A stretch of 64,000 nucleotides of DNA from an uncultured bacterium (GCA_964397255.1 CAYNHQ010000005.1:5103-69102), one strand, 5' to 3'. Positions 21,267 through 30,330 are shown, numbered from the stretch's first letter. A program made the numbers and translations. The notes: generated by a model from the letters alone, not told the origin.

Positions 21267-21581
21267 ATGAAGAAAATCATTTTACTTTCGTTAGTTCTTG
21301 CAATGACCGGCTGCGCGTATTGGCCCCGAGCGGGTGTAAACGGCGCATTTTATTCCGATTCAAGAGTTCCAAATTCTGTGGAGAATCCAAACGATGCGCC
21401 TACCAAGATCGGCAAAGCCTGCGCGACCGGTGTGCTCGGATTATTTGGTTCGGGCGATACCAGCATTGATACCGCGAAGAAAATGGGAGGCATTACGAAA
21501 GTCTCCTATATCGAAGAAGAATTTCATCAAGTCTTCCTCGGTTTCTATACGCGCTATTGCGTAATTGTTTCAGGTACGTAA
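21267..21581 (+). CDS. TRL-like family lipoprotein
   Basis: Lipobox AMTGC; KIGKACATGVLGLFGSGDTSIDTAKKMGGITKV; CAGGAG RBS. Confidence 0.8.
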   Translation: MKKIILLSLVLAMTGCAYWPRAGVNGAFYSDSRVPNSVENPNDAPTKIGKACATGVLGLFGSGDTSIDTAKKMGGITKVSYIEEEFHQVFLGFYTRYCVIVSGT

Positions 21582-22418
21582 TTAGCCCATCGCCTGAAGG
21601 GCGCGGTCGGTGGAAAGAGTGATCGACTCATGAGTCGAGGCGATAATCGTTTCCATATCATGGTGAATTTTTCCATTTGAGGCGATGATTTCACCGCACC
21701 AAAGGTCATGGAGCGGTTGTCCCTGATAATCGGTCACTTTTCCGCCCGCCTCCTCGACCAAGAGACTCCCTGCGCAAACATCCCAGGGAGCGAGCTTGGG
21801 CTCCCAAAAACCATCGATACGTCCGCAGGCCACCATGGCAAGGTCAAGTGCCGCGGCTCCGGCCCGCCGAACGCATTGGGATTCCAATTCAAATCGGCAA
21901 AAGAGATTGAGATTGTTTTCGCGCGAGCTTCTTCGGTCATAGGGAAAGCCTGTAGCCAATAGACTCTTTGAAAGATCGTTGATCCGGCTGACGGAAATCT
22001 TTTTTCCATTGAGCTTGGCCCCCTTTCCTCTATGGGCAATGAAGAGTTCGTCGAGGAGGGGATGATAAATGAGGCCAAACTGGTTCTTTCCTTCGTCGCG
22101 AAAACCGATGGAGACGACAAACATCGGGAAGCCATGGGCATAGTTGGTGGTTCCGTCGAGCGGATCGATCACCCAAATCGGCCCGTCCAAAGATCGACCA
22201 TGACTCGCGGCGTCTTCCTCCGCCAAAATTTCGTGCGAAGGGAATGTTTTGGAAAGAATTCGGACAATCGCCTGCTGTGACTCGAGATCAGCTTTGGTCA
22301 AAAGATTCACATCTCCCTTGAATTTGGCCGTGAGGCCCGACTCATAATATTTTCGAAGGATTTTCGCTCCCGCTTCAGCCGCCTTGCGCGCTCCCTTTTC
22401 TAATTCTCTAGAACTCAC
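21582..22418 (-). CDS. suhB: Inositol monophosphatase
   Basis: WVIDPLDGTTNY, RRAGAAALDL and WDVCAG. Confidence 0.93.
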   Translation of the reverse strand: MSSRELEKGARKAAEAGAKILRKYYESGLTAKFKGDVNLLTKADLESQQAIVRILSKTFPSHEILAEEDAASHGRSLDGPIWVIDPLDGTTNYAHGFPMFVVSIGFRDEGKNQFGLIYHPLLDELFIAHRGKGAKLNGKKISVSRINDLSKSLLATGFPYDRRSSRENNLNLFCRFELESQCVRRAGAAALDLAMVACGRIDGFWEPKLAPWDVCAGSLLVEEAGGKVTDYQGQPLHDLWCGEIIASNGKIHHDMETIIASTHESITLSTDRALQAMG

Positions 22419-22484
22419 ATGCGCAGTCTAACCGAACCGTGGCCCCCCGCCACTGGCGAAATTTCAGCAGTAAGCTTATACTAG

Positions 22485-24332
22485 GTGCCGAATAAACGTA
22501 TGGATCAAGAAGTCACACACCCCAAATTTGGATCAGGTCTGACCGATGCCGAAGAGGCAGTTCCTGCGGAGAAGTCTTATTTAATGGCGGTTTCCGGTCC
22601 AAGTGCCGGCACAGTCTTTACATTGAATGAAGGGACGATGACGGCAGGTCGCCATCAAGGCGCCGAAATTTTTCTCAATGACACGCAGGTTTCAAGAAAA
22701 CATGCGCAATTTGTTACGCAAAATGGCGTCACCAAAGTCGTGGATCTCAAGAGCACGAACGGGACATTCGTCAACGGCGACAAATTGAATGGTGAAAAAG
22801 AATTGGTGGATGGGGACGAAATTCAAGTCGGGGCCACCAACTTTCGATTTTCAATGCAAAATCCGCTCGACGGCAGTCGACTGGGCCTTCGAAGTCATGG
22901 CTATTTTGAAAGCCGAGTTTCGGAAGAGCTGGATCGTGCCTCTCGCTATCGCCGGCCGCTCTCCGTCATGATGGTAGGGATTGAAGCTCCCGACGTCGAC
23001 GCGACGGAGCGGGAAGATTACGTGCGCCGCCGTTATTCCAAGGTGGTCGAATACATCAAAAATATCATTCGGACGATGGACCTCCTCGCCCACTACGGAA
23101 AATTTGAATTGGAGCTTCTCCTCCCGGAGACAAGTAAAGAAGAAGCTCTTCGTCTTGCTCAGCGAATCAATTCCGAAAAGGTAATCGACCGACAGCTCAT
23201 TTTTTCTCTCGGTGTCGTCACGTTCCCCGATGATGGTCAGAGTGCGGATATCTTAATCGAGCGATCTCGCCAGGCCCTGAAATTGGCCCGACAGAAAAAA
23301 ACCGACCGGATTGTTCAAATCAAAGAAGATGTCCGCCGCGTCGTCGTTTCCAACCAGGAAGTAATCATTAAGAGCGAGAAGATGACGCAGCTGTTCGAAC
23401 TCATCGAGAAGATCGCGAAGTCTACGATTACCGTACTCATTCAGGGGGAAACGGGCGTAGGCAAAGAAGTCGCCGCGCAAGCGATTCATAGCAACAGCGA
23501 GCGGGCCCAAAAGCCGCTGGTCTGTGTGAATTGCGCGGCGCTCACGGAAACGCTTCTGGAAAGCGAACTCTTCGGGCACGAAAAGGGCTCGTTTACTGGA
23601 GCCGATCAAACCAAAATTGGATTGTTTGAATCCGCCAAAGGAGGAACGATTTTTCTCGATGAAATCGGCGAAATGCCGCAAAAAACGCAGGCCAAACTCC
23701 TTCGCGTTCTCCAGTCGAAAAAAATCATGAGAGTCGGCTCAAACCGTGAAATCGATACCGACGTTCGAATCGTGGCCGCAACGAATCGAAAATTGGAAGA
23801 CCTTGTAGCCAAGGGATCGTTCCGGGAAGATCTTTATTACCGCCTTAACGCGGCCACGATCATTATGCCTCCGCTGCGTGAGCGGCGAGACGAAATTCCT
23901 CATCTCGTTCAAGCTTTTATCGCCGAATGTTGCAATGAAAACGGATTTCCGCCGAAAAATATTCAACCCGACGCCATGGATCTTCTGGTCCGATATCACT
24001 GGCCGGGAAATATTCGAGAACTCAAAAACACGATCGAGCGCGCAGTAGTGATTTCCGAGGGAGATACGATTTACAAAGAAGCCCTGACGAGCAAACTGTC
24101 GAGCGACTCCTTTGAATATGTCGAGCCGGTGCCAACCGGTGTCAGTACCATAGCGGCAAGCCCCACGGCAGTGGGAGATATCAAAGACATCGTTTCAGCC
24201 TACGAGCGAGACATCATTATCAACGCCCTTCGCCGGGTAAATTGGAACCAGACCAAAGCTTCCGAGTTGTTAAACCTCCCTCGACGCACCCTAGTCTCAA
24301 AGATTAAAAAGTACGGAATTACCAGGAGTTAA
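22485..24332 (+). CDS. Sigma54-dependent enhancer-binding protein: FHA, degenerate GGDEF, AAA+, Fis-type HTH
   Basis: FHA (GRH..VSRKHA..DLKSTNGT); GGDEF-like region RTMD..HYGKFEL; GETGVGKE, GSFTGA, FLDEIGE, FREDLYYRL; HTH NQTKASELL. Confidence 0.92.
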   Translation: MPNKRMDQEVTHPKFGSGLTDAEEAVPAEKSYLMAVSGPSAGTVFTLNEGTMTAGRHQGAEIFLNDTQVSRKHAQFVTQNGVTKVVDLKSTNGTFVNGDKLNGEKELVDGDEIQVGATNFRFSMQNPLDGSRLGLRSHGYFESRVSEELDRASRYRRPLSVMMVGIEAPDVDATEREDYVRRRYSKVVEYIKNIIRTMDLLAHYGKFELELLLPETSKEEALRLAQRINSEKVIDRQLIFSLGVVTFPDDGQSADILIERSRQALKLARQKKTDRIVQIKEDVRRVVVSNQEVIIKSEKMTQLFELIEKIAKSTITVLIQGETGVGKEVAAQAIHSNSERAQKPLVCVNCAALTETLLESELFGHEKGSFTGADQTKIGLFESAKGGTIFLDEIGEMPQKTQAKLLRVLQSKKIMRVGSNREIDTDVRIVAATNRKLEDLVAKGSFREDLYYRLNAATIIMPPLRERRDEIPHLVQAFIAECCNENGFPPKNIQPDAMDLLVRYHWPGNIRELKNTIERAVVISEGDTIYKEALTSKLSSDSFEYVEPVPTGVSTIAASPTAVGDIKDIVSAYERDIIINALRRVNWNQTKASELLNLPRRTLVSKIKKYGITRS

Positions 24333-24344
24333 CTTAAGTTCGGC

Positions 24345-24374
24345 TTGACGCGTAAGCGTTAAATCCCCTATCAT
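24345..24374 (+). promoter_or_regulatory. Sigma70 promoter of the hypothetical pair (probably leaderless)
   Basis: TTGACG-N18-TATCAT-N6-GTG(24381). Confidence 0.5.
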
Positions 24375-24380
24375 TTAAAG

Positions 24381-24953
24381 GTGATGGGCTTGGAAACATC
24401 GTCCCTCATGGAGTTCTTCCGCGAAGGTATTATGCGGGCGCAGCGACGGGCGAACCTTCCCCTTCGTGAAGATACTCAGTTTTACGTCGTGAATCTCCTT
24501 TCGGAATTCCTAGCGGCAGGGAAATTGGAAGAAACTCCTCTCGCGCTCATTTATGCACGGGCCGTCCAGACGGAAAATCCCAATGAACAATATCAACTCT
24601 TAAAGCAGATTGGCGATCGTTCTCTTTATGTATCCGGGTTTTTTCCCGACAGTTTAAAACGTCGTGTGGTCAATATTGACTACTACATCGGAATGGGAGA
24701 ACGGGCGTACGCTTCGGTCTCCTCCATTTCACGAGGGGTGCTCTTCGCCGACACATTTGAAGAACTTGCCGAAAAATTCCATCGCCTGGTTGATCTCATT
24801 TCAGATGTCAGCGAATCTGCAGGAGTAACCTCCGATCGAGATCTCTTACGTCTTTACGAACGATGGCTGATGACGAAGAGCGAACGCCTTTCGGAAAAAT
24901 TGAGGCAAGAGGGAATCGAGCCGATCGCATGCAAAAGCGACAACCTCCACTAA
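24381..24953 (+). CDS. Conserved hypothetical protein (helical), first of a coupled pair
   Basis: 190-aa ORF with the conserved-looking block LKQIGDRSLYVSGFFPDSL.RR.V.IDYYIGMG..AY. Confidence 0.8.
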   Translation: MMGLETSSLMEFFREGIMRAQRRANLPLREDTQFYVVNLLSEFLAAGKLEETPLALIYARAVQTENPNEQYQLLKQIGDRSLYVSGFFPDSLKRRVVNIDYYIGMGERAYASVSSISRGVLFADTFEELAEKFHRLVDLISDVSESAGVTSDRDLLRLYERWLMTKSERLSEKLRQEGIEPIACKSDNLH

Positions 24954-25561
24954 ACATCGCCCGGCTCCAGCAAGATATTGAGGAGCTGTACGGCCTGGAT
25001 CAGGGATTGGCAATTGATCAATTTCTCGTTTCTTCGAAGGAACTCATGAAAATCACGCCGGAGTTCACCCCCATAGCGCCGAAAGTGCTTTTAAAAGAGG
25101 AGAATGGCGTCATCCTTTTTGCCGTACATGTGGGCGACGAAGTGCTGGAACGATTTGAAGCCGGGCGAATCGGGGAAAGCGCCCTTTCCGATTTTGTCAG
25201 CGTCGCCGAAGAGGTGAGTCATTTCAGATATCTGACGTGGAGCGTGGCCAACGAACGATCGGTTTCTCTTTTGGATGTCGAAATGCAGGGGGAAATCGAC
25301 AAGTTCCTTCTGGCTTCACATTATTTCCCGAACGAAGATGATCTTCGAGAACGGATGTTTGAGCGAATTCGATTTAGCGAACACCTGGATGGGGAAGATT
25401 TGGACCGCTACATAGAAGCGAACCGCCTGGGTGAAAAGTTTTGCAGAGAAATGAAAGGGGCGATCGGGGACGGGTACCTTGATTCAAAATGGGTGACTCG
25501 CCTGCGGGCGTTTTACCGCTGGGCCACCTCCCGCCGTCTCGCTGAAGTCGAGAAATTATAA
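24929..25561 (+). CDS. Conserved hypothetical protein with possible metal-binding EExxH...E motif, second of the pair
   Basis: AEEVSHFRY..VSLLDVEMQGEIDKF..RYIEAN. Likely start ATG 24929, overlapping the upstream gene. Confidence 0.75.
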   Translation: MQKRQPPLNIARLQQDIEELYGLDQGLAIDQFLVSSKELMKITPEFTPIAPKVLLKEENGVILFAVHVGDEVLERFEAGRIGESALSDFVSVAEEVSHFRYLTWSVANERSVSLLDVEMQGEIDKFLLASHYFPNEDDLRERMFERIRFSEHLDGEDLDRYIEANRLGEKFCREMKGAIGDGYLDSKWVTRLRAFYRWATSRRLAEVEKL

Positions 25562-25602
25562 TTTTCTTGTAGGAGCCGCGAACGTTTGATAGCGCTCCCG
25601 GT

Positions 25603-25965
25603 ATGTCGCGATCAGGGAAAGACAGTAGTGAGAAGCGGGGGGCGCAGCGGGTTCCGGTAAAGCTGAAGGTCGATTGGAAGTCGGAGGGAAATTTCCTCTT
25701 CGAGCACGCAACCAACATCAGCGAACAGGGAATTTTCATTGAAACGGAAAATCCGATGCAGCCGGGCACGGCGATCGATTTACAGTTTCAACTCCCCGAG
25801 GCTTCGAAAAAGATCGAGGTGCGAGGAGAGGTGACTTGGGTGAATCCGATACGACCGCCGGGTTCGGAAAATTACAACCCGGGAATGGGAATTCGTTTCA
25901 CCAATTTGAACGAGGGAGATAAGGACACCATTCTCTCGCTCGTAAAACGAATCGCAGTTCTCTAA
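25603..25965 (+). CDS. Stand-alone PilZ domain protein (TIGR02266-like)
   Basis: RGAQR (RxxxR), NISEQG (NxSxxG), GEVTWVN and PGMGIRF. Confidence 0.88.
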   Translation: MSRSGKDSSEKRGAQRVPVKLKVDWKSEGNFLFEHATNISEQGIFIETENPMQPGTAIDLQFQLPEASKKIEVRGEVTWVNPIRPPGSENYNPGMGIRFTNLNEGDKDTILSLVKRIAVL

Positions 25966-26555
25966 AACTCTCTCGAACTCGCTTTTTCGATTTCTCCGTT
26001 TGGATTCACCGTGAGGTCCCACCACTCTAGGGCCCCGGAGGCATCTTTTCCAAAAAATTGAATTCGGACTTTTTTCATCGCACGAACAATTCGAATTTGG
26101 GGATCGGGATCTTTGCCGATCTTGAGCCGAAGTCTCTTTTCTTCCGTCGTATTGAGTTTGTCGATGTAGAGTGCGCGGCCATAGGCAAGTTCGAGAAAGG
26201 ATTTTGCAAACGTGATCGCGGCATCATCCGTGGCCAGGGAAATCTTCTCCCCCTGAATCGCCTCATTCCAGCCCTGTAATTGGCTATGGGAGAGAATCCA
26301 TCCTTTCCCCTTGTCAGAAATAGCCACCGTCATCATCGGAGGAGGAAGGCGATCCAGGGTTGAGACAAAAAAAAGTTTTTTCCTTTTAAAATGAACATCG
26401 GTTCCCGGTACGGCAAAAAACGAACACTTTTCACAACCGGGAACCTCTTTTCGTACAAGATCGATCGCAATACTTTTCGCCTCTTGACCGGCAAATAAAG
26501 GAGAGGATCCGAAAAGAAATGGAAGGAGAAAAAGACTAACGATCAGGCGTCGCAG
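25962..26555 (-). CDS. Hypothetical exported protein
   Basis: Signal peptide (M)RRLIVSLFLLPFLFGSSPLFA. Probable CTG start at about 26555; the track start at 26669 overlaps the upstream gene. Confidence 0.6.
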   Translation of the reverse strand: MRRLIVSLFLLPFLFGSSPLFAGQEAKSIAIDLVRKEVPGCEKCSFFAVPGTDVHFKRKKLFFVSTLDRLPPPMMTVAISDKGKGWILSHSQLQGWNEAIQGEKISLATDDAAITFAKSFLELAYGRALYIDKLNTTEEKRLRLKIGKDPDPQIRIVRAMKKVRIQFFGKDASGALEWWDLTVNPNGEIEKASSREF

Positions 26556-27825
26556 GAGCGTGGCGGAGATCCTCCGAGAGAGCAAAGAGTTTTCGCGATA
26601 CCTGGTCTGCTTCCGTCCGGGCAGCGGCGAGGCGCTTCTCATCGTTGGAGTCCAATATGGCATGTTCAATCAGCGTAATCTGCTTTTGCAGATCGTCATA
26701 GCGTTGAAGCAATTTGGCGATTTCAGTTTCCGTCAATCGCCATTCGTAAAGCGTGGCGAGTGAAAGAAGGTAACGAGCCTCAGACGGTGAATTTAGCGTC
26801 GGGTCGACGTAATATTTTTTGGCCACTCGGCTGTAAATCACGGGAGTCTTGGGAGCCCCCCGCCGAAGCATCGTGAATCCTTCAATGTCCACCACGGTTC
26901 GGGATAAAACCTGATCGACAAGTGCCTTCCCTTTTTCTTCGCCTACGCCACGTGCAACCGTTCTGAAGTTTCGAAGTGCGGCCAACGCATATGGGTCGCG
27001 CGAATCAGGATCCGCGTTCTTTAGAGCCGCTTGAAAAATTTCGGCAGACTCACTCGCCGACTGTTTGATCAGTCGAAACGCTTCGTCCGGATTGGCCGTC
27101 CGGTCATATCGGTCGAGATCGGAAAGAAAGGCGTATTTCCCTTTTTTCTCGAAGTCTCTACTTCGGTCGACGAGCAAATCACGATCTCCGGTCACCGTGG
27201 CAGAAATGGCTTCCGCAATATTAAGTGCCGCAGTCTTTTGAGGGCTCGCCCCGCTGGTGCAGGGAGACATCATCTTTCCTAATGCTGCGATGCTGCCGAC
27301 ATCGCCACCAGACGCGATGCTCGGGGTATCACCCCGCAACACCCGGTTCATCAGGTTGTTCCACCGCAAATAACTTCCGCTTTCGGGGCGTTTTGCCTTT
27401 AGTTGTGTTTCCTCGTCGTCGCCGTCGTTGGAATTGGTTTCCGCGTAACGCAATGAAGAATTATACTTTCGTCCGAATTCGCGTGAATAAACGAGATTGA
27501 CCAATTCCTCGACCGAAGTTTTTGCCGCGGTGGTTTTCCATAAAGGCTGCGCAGCGATTGAGCCTTCGGTGGTCAGGGCCACGGTGATTGAACCGTCGCT
27601 GGAAAAAACCATTCGGTACACTCGATTCCCAATTCCGAAAACAATCGTTCGGACTTTCATCCCGACGTAATCTTTTTCGACCATCGAAGGTTTGGGTGCC
27701 TTGGCACCCAACTCAGCGGCAAAAGCGACAACAAGTTGTCGAGAGACGTCTTCAGGTGAAACTGTAGCGTGGACGGAAAAGGGAAAGAGGACAAAAACAA
27801 AGGCAAATTTGACGTATCGCACCAT
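26536..27825 (-). CDS. Hypothetical exported protein with a C-terminal coiled coil
   Basis: 429 aa; signal MVRYVKFAFVFVLFPFSVHA; no motif recognised. Confidence 0.75.
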   Translation of the reverse strand: MVRYVKFAFVFVLFPFSVHATVSPEDVSRQLVVAFAAELGAKAPKPSMVEKDYVGMKVRTIVFGIGNRVYRMVFSSDGSITVALTTEGSIAAQPLWKTTAAKTSVEELVNLVYSREFGRKYNSSLRYAETNSNDGDDEETQLKAKRPESGSYLRWNNLMNRVLRGDTPSIASGGDVGSIAALGKMMSPCTSGASPQKTAALNIAEAISATVTGDRDLLVDRSRDFEKKGKYAFLSDLDRYDRTANPDEAFRLIKQSASESAEIFQAALKNADPDSRDPYALAALRNFRTVARGVGEEKGKALVDQVLSRTVVDIEGFTMLRRGAPKTPVIYSRVAKKYYVDPTLNSPSEARYLLSLATLYEWRLTETEIAKLLQRYDDLQKQITLIEHAILDSNDEKRLAAARTEADQVSRKLFALSEDLRHAPATPDR

Positions 27826-27916
27826 TGCGAGGCTTCCATCTATTTTAACATGCGAAAATGATTAAAAAAAAGCCCGTGACATTCTCCCCGTAAGTCCGAT
27901 AGAAAAGAGGGGCAAA

Positions 27917-28285
27917 ATGGCCAAAAACCGTAGGAAATACCGCAGGGTGGAGGCGTCCATCCGGGTCGCCTTTCGAACAAAAGAAGAGCTGGCGGTCGAA
28001 TACACCAAGAACATCAGCAAGGGGGGTATCTTCTTAAAAACCGACCAACTGGTCGATCCCAATGCGGAAATTGACCTCACCATTAGCTTTCCCGAAGGGT
28101 CCGGGGAGTACAAAATCAAGGGCCAGGTGACGCGGCTAATGAGCGTGAGCCGCCTCTCTGAAGAGGGAGAAAATGACCAGCTCTTTGGCGTGGGAATACG
28201 CTTTTTAAATCCAGCCGATGATCTTCTTCGTGCCGTCGAGCAAGTAATAAACAAGGCGGATCCCGACTCCTTGAAGAACGAGTAA
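27917..28285 (+). CDS. Stand-alone PilZ domain protein (TIGR02266-like)
   Basis: RRKYR (RxxxR), NISKGG, KGQVT and GVGIRF; GAGG RBS. Confidence 0.88.
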   Translation: MAKNRRKYRRVEASIRVAFRTKEELAVEYTKNISKGGIFLKTDQLVDPNAEIDLTISFPEGSGEYKIKGQVTRLMSVSRLSEEGENDQLFGVGIRFLNPADDLLRAVEQVINKADPDSLKNE

Positions 28286-28323
28286 GGGCCCCGTATCATT
28301 TTTAGATTCGACCGAATCGACAA

Positions 28324-29502
28324 ATGAGGTTCGCCGGAGCCCTTTCGATACCGCTTATGGTTTTGCTCTCCTTCGGGCTGGCCCGATGGTTTTGGGTGAT
28401 GCAGATGGAATCGGAGAGTGAATCGCGAACCCGGGAGCTGGCGGCCGACCTTGCGGGAGATCTTGTCGCGGGAAGATCACTCCAAGAATCGGTGTATCGA
28501 CCTTTTGTTCAAAGTCAGTCCGAAAGGGTCGGTTATCTCGCCGTCGCAAATTTTAAAAATGGATTTCGAAGCGGCCTGATCAACGCCACGCTTTTGGAAA
28601 GATCTCATTCTCCTCTTTTGACCTATCGACGTGAGCATGGAGACACGGCGACACTTGCACGGCTGACCGAACCGGGAGCTGGTTTTCCCGGAGAATATAT
28701 GGATGTTCTTTCCCTTGCTTTCGTTCCCCCCGCCCATTCAAGCGATCATGCGCCCATCGGTGTGTTGAAAGTGGGGTATGTTCTGCCGGGCTATCCGTTA
28801 GGGCGGGGGTACATCCATCTTTGGTGGGTACTCATGGCCCTTGCATCGGTGATGGCGCTGGGGGGATGGGGTGTGGCACTGACTTCACGCGAACGGCCGA
28901 TGATCCGCGTTTCCGAGGCCACACATACTCCGAAGGATGAATTGACCGAACTCGAACATGATCTGGAAATCGCCGGGAAGGTGGAAGTGGATAGTGAAGG
29001 ACGGACCTGGAGAGTTCTTTTTAATGGAGAGGATCTTCAAGGATGGTCGCCGCAAGGAAATTGGTATGTATTTGAAGAGACGGTGATGGCCCAACCGTGG
29101 GGGAGTTCGCTTGTTCATGAGCATGTGGCGACCGATGGAAATTATTTCTTTCAAGCCAGCGGTCGAAAACTTTCCGGTTCCGACGGGTTAATTTTACTTT
29201 TCACGGTTGATGGAAAACCGCTCGCGTGGGTACTCGGGGGTTGGCAAAATCGGCACTCGGAAGTGGGAGGCTACCCTTCCACACGTTCGAACGATGCCGT
29301 CGAGCTCCACCGCTGGTATGATATGGAAGTTCGAATTCTCCATGAACATGTGCAAGGATATTTGGATGGGCGGAAAATCTGGGAGCTTAAGCGGGCGGAA
29401 GTTGCGACCCCTTCTCCGTCGTCGGGATTTCAAGAGGGACTGGGTGTGGCCGTTTGGAGCGCACTCGCCAAATTTCGAAATCTCAAATTTCACACGCTCT
29501 AA
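28324..29502 (+). CDS. Two-TM membrane protein with a C-terminal DUF1080-like (concanavalin/beta-sandwich) domain
   Basis: TMs at about aa 5-25 and 165-185; WRVLFNGEDLQGW..GNW; WYDMEVRI..YLDG. Confidence 0.65.
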   Translation: MRFAGALSIPLMVLLSFGLARWFWVMQMESESESRTRELAADLAGDLVAGRSLQESVYRPFVQSQSERVGYLAVANFKNGFRSGLINATLLERSHSPLLTYRREHGDTATLARLTEPGAGFPGEYMDVLSLAFVPPAHSSDHAPIGVLKVGYVLPGYPLGRGYIHLWWVLMALASVMALGGWGVALTSRERPMIRVSEATHTPKDELTELEHDLEIAGKVEVDSEGRTWRVLFNGEDLQGWSPQGNWYVFEETVMAQPWGSSLVHEHVATDGNYFFQASGRKLSGSDGLILLFTVDGKPLAWVLGGWQNRHSEVGGYPSTRSNDAVELHRWYDMEVRILHEHVQGYLDGRKIWELKRAEVATPSPSSGFQEGLGVAVWSALAKFRNLKFHTL

Positions 29503-29911
29503 AATTTTCGTCTTCCTTTCACTTTCTCTTCTCGCCTGCACGCAACCACCGTATTCAGAGAAAGAAATGACGATGGAAGTGACCCCTGTCGCTATTGCCA
29601 AAGCAAAAAAACCTCGCGCGGTAGTTCAAGCCGAAACGCCGCGCGAACCTCCGAAAAAAGCCACGAGTCCCTCTGACGGCCCCGCGATTTTGCTTAAATT
29701 GGAAGAAACGCGCGCTCTCATCGCGAAGGCCGACGCCACAAAAATCAATATCGGTTCGATGAATGATCGTCTGGCCGCCGTACCCCGCCTTTTGGATGAA
29801 GAAAAATATTCCGTCGCGATGGAAGTTCTCAATGAGATTCAGGCCGAAATCAAAACTTCTGAAACCGCACCTCCCCCCACGTCCGAACTCTCCGACCCCA
29901 AAGCAAATTAG
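29444..29911 (+). CDS. Hypothetical lipoprotein
   Basis: GAGGGA-N4-GTG at 29444; lipobox SLLAC; Pro/Ala/Lys-rich linker followed by a helical domain. Confidence 0.55.
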   Translation: MWPFGAHSPNFEISNFTRSKIFVFLSLSLLACTQPPYSEKEMTMEVTPVAIAKAKKPRAVVQAETPREPPKKATSPSDGPAILLKLEETRALIAKADATKINIGSMNDRLAAVPRLLDEEKYSVAMEVLNEIQAEIKTSETAPPPTSELSDPKAN

Positions 29912-29915
29912 CAGC

Positions 29916-30023
29916 TCATCCCTTTGGAGTCTGGCCAAGTGCCAAGAAAATATGAGAGGGCATGTGCAATGCATGTACAGCCGCCGGAGCGATTTTCGCG
30001 TATACTTCTTCCGCCACGGCCGT
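29916..30023 (-). pseudogene. Fragment of a TPR-type protein carrying the HALHMPSHIF motif
   Basis: The minus frame between two stops reads TAVAEEVYAKIAPAAVHALHMPSHIFLALGQTPKG*; not in the ORF track. Confidence 0.55.
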
Positions 30024-30054
30024 CTACCCTTATGATTCTAGGTGGATGGAGAGT

Positions 30055-30095
30055 TTGACACAGGTTTCGAATTGGAGCTATAATGGATCCATTAT
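30055..30095 (+). promoter_or_regulatory. Consensus sigma70 promoter with an overlapping 16-bp palindromic operator
   Basis: TTGACA(30055)-N18-TATAAT(30079)-N9-ATG; the perfect palindrome ATAATGGATCCATTAT spans 30080-30095. Confidence 0.75.
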
Positions 30096-30330
30096 GGCTC
30101 TCAATTTGTCGATTAAAGGGGTTCCGGTTCAGTTGGTGGAGCGATTGCGAAGAAGGGCGGAGCGGCATCATCGCTCACTTCAGGGGGAGCTGATGACGAT
30201 ATTGGAAGAGGCGCTCGGCGCATCTCCTGCAGTTAAAGCGAGCAAGATTCTAAAACAATTGCGCGAATCCGGACTTTCTACTGGGCCGGAATCGGTCTCG
30301 ATGATCCGAGAAGATCGTGATGAAAGGTGA
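30094..30330 (+). CDS. Ribbon-helix-helix antitoxin (FitA/Arc-like)
   Basis: MALNLSIKGVPVQLVERLRRRAERHHRSLQGELMTILEEAL; real start ATG 30094. Confidence 0.88.
   Translation: MALNLSIKGVPVQLVERLRRRAERHHRSLQGELMTILEEALGASPAVKASKILKQLRESGLSTGPESVSMIREDRDER

Noticed and set aside
23581-23604. GSFTGA instead of GAFTGA in the enhancer-binding protein
   Set aside because: This is a common functional variant and not evidence of inactivation.
29962-30093. N-terminal extension of the RHH antitoxin in the ORF track
   Set aside because: The extension spans the consensus promoter and the antisense TPR fossil; the RHH domain starts at ATG 30094.
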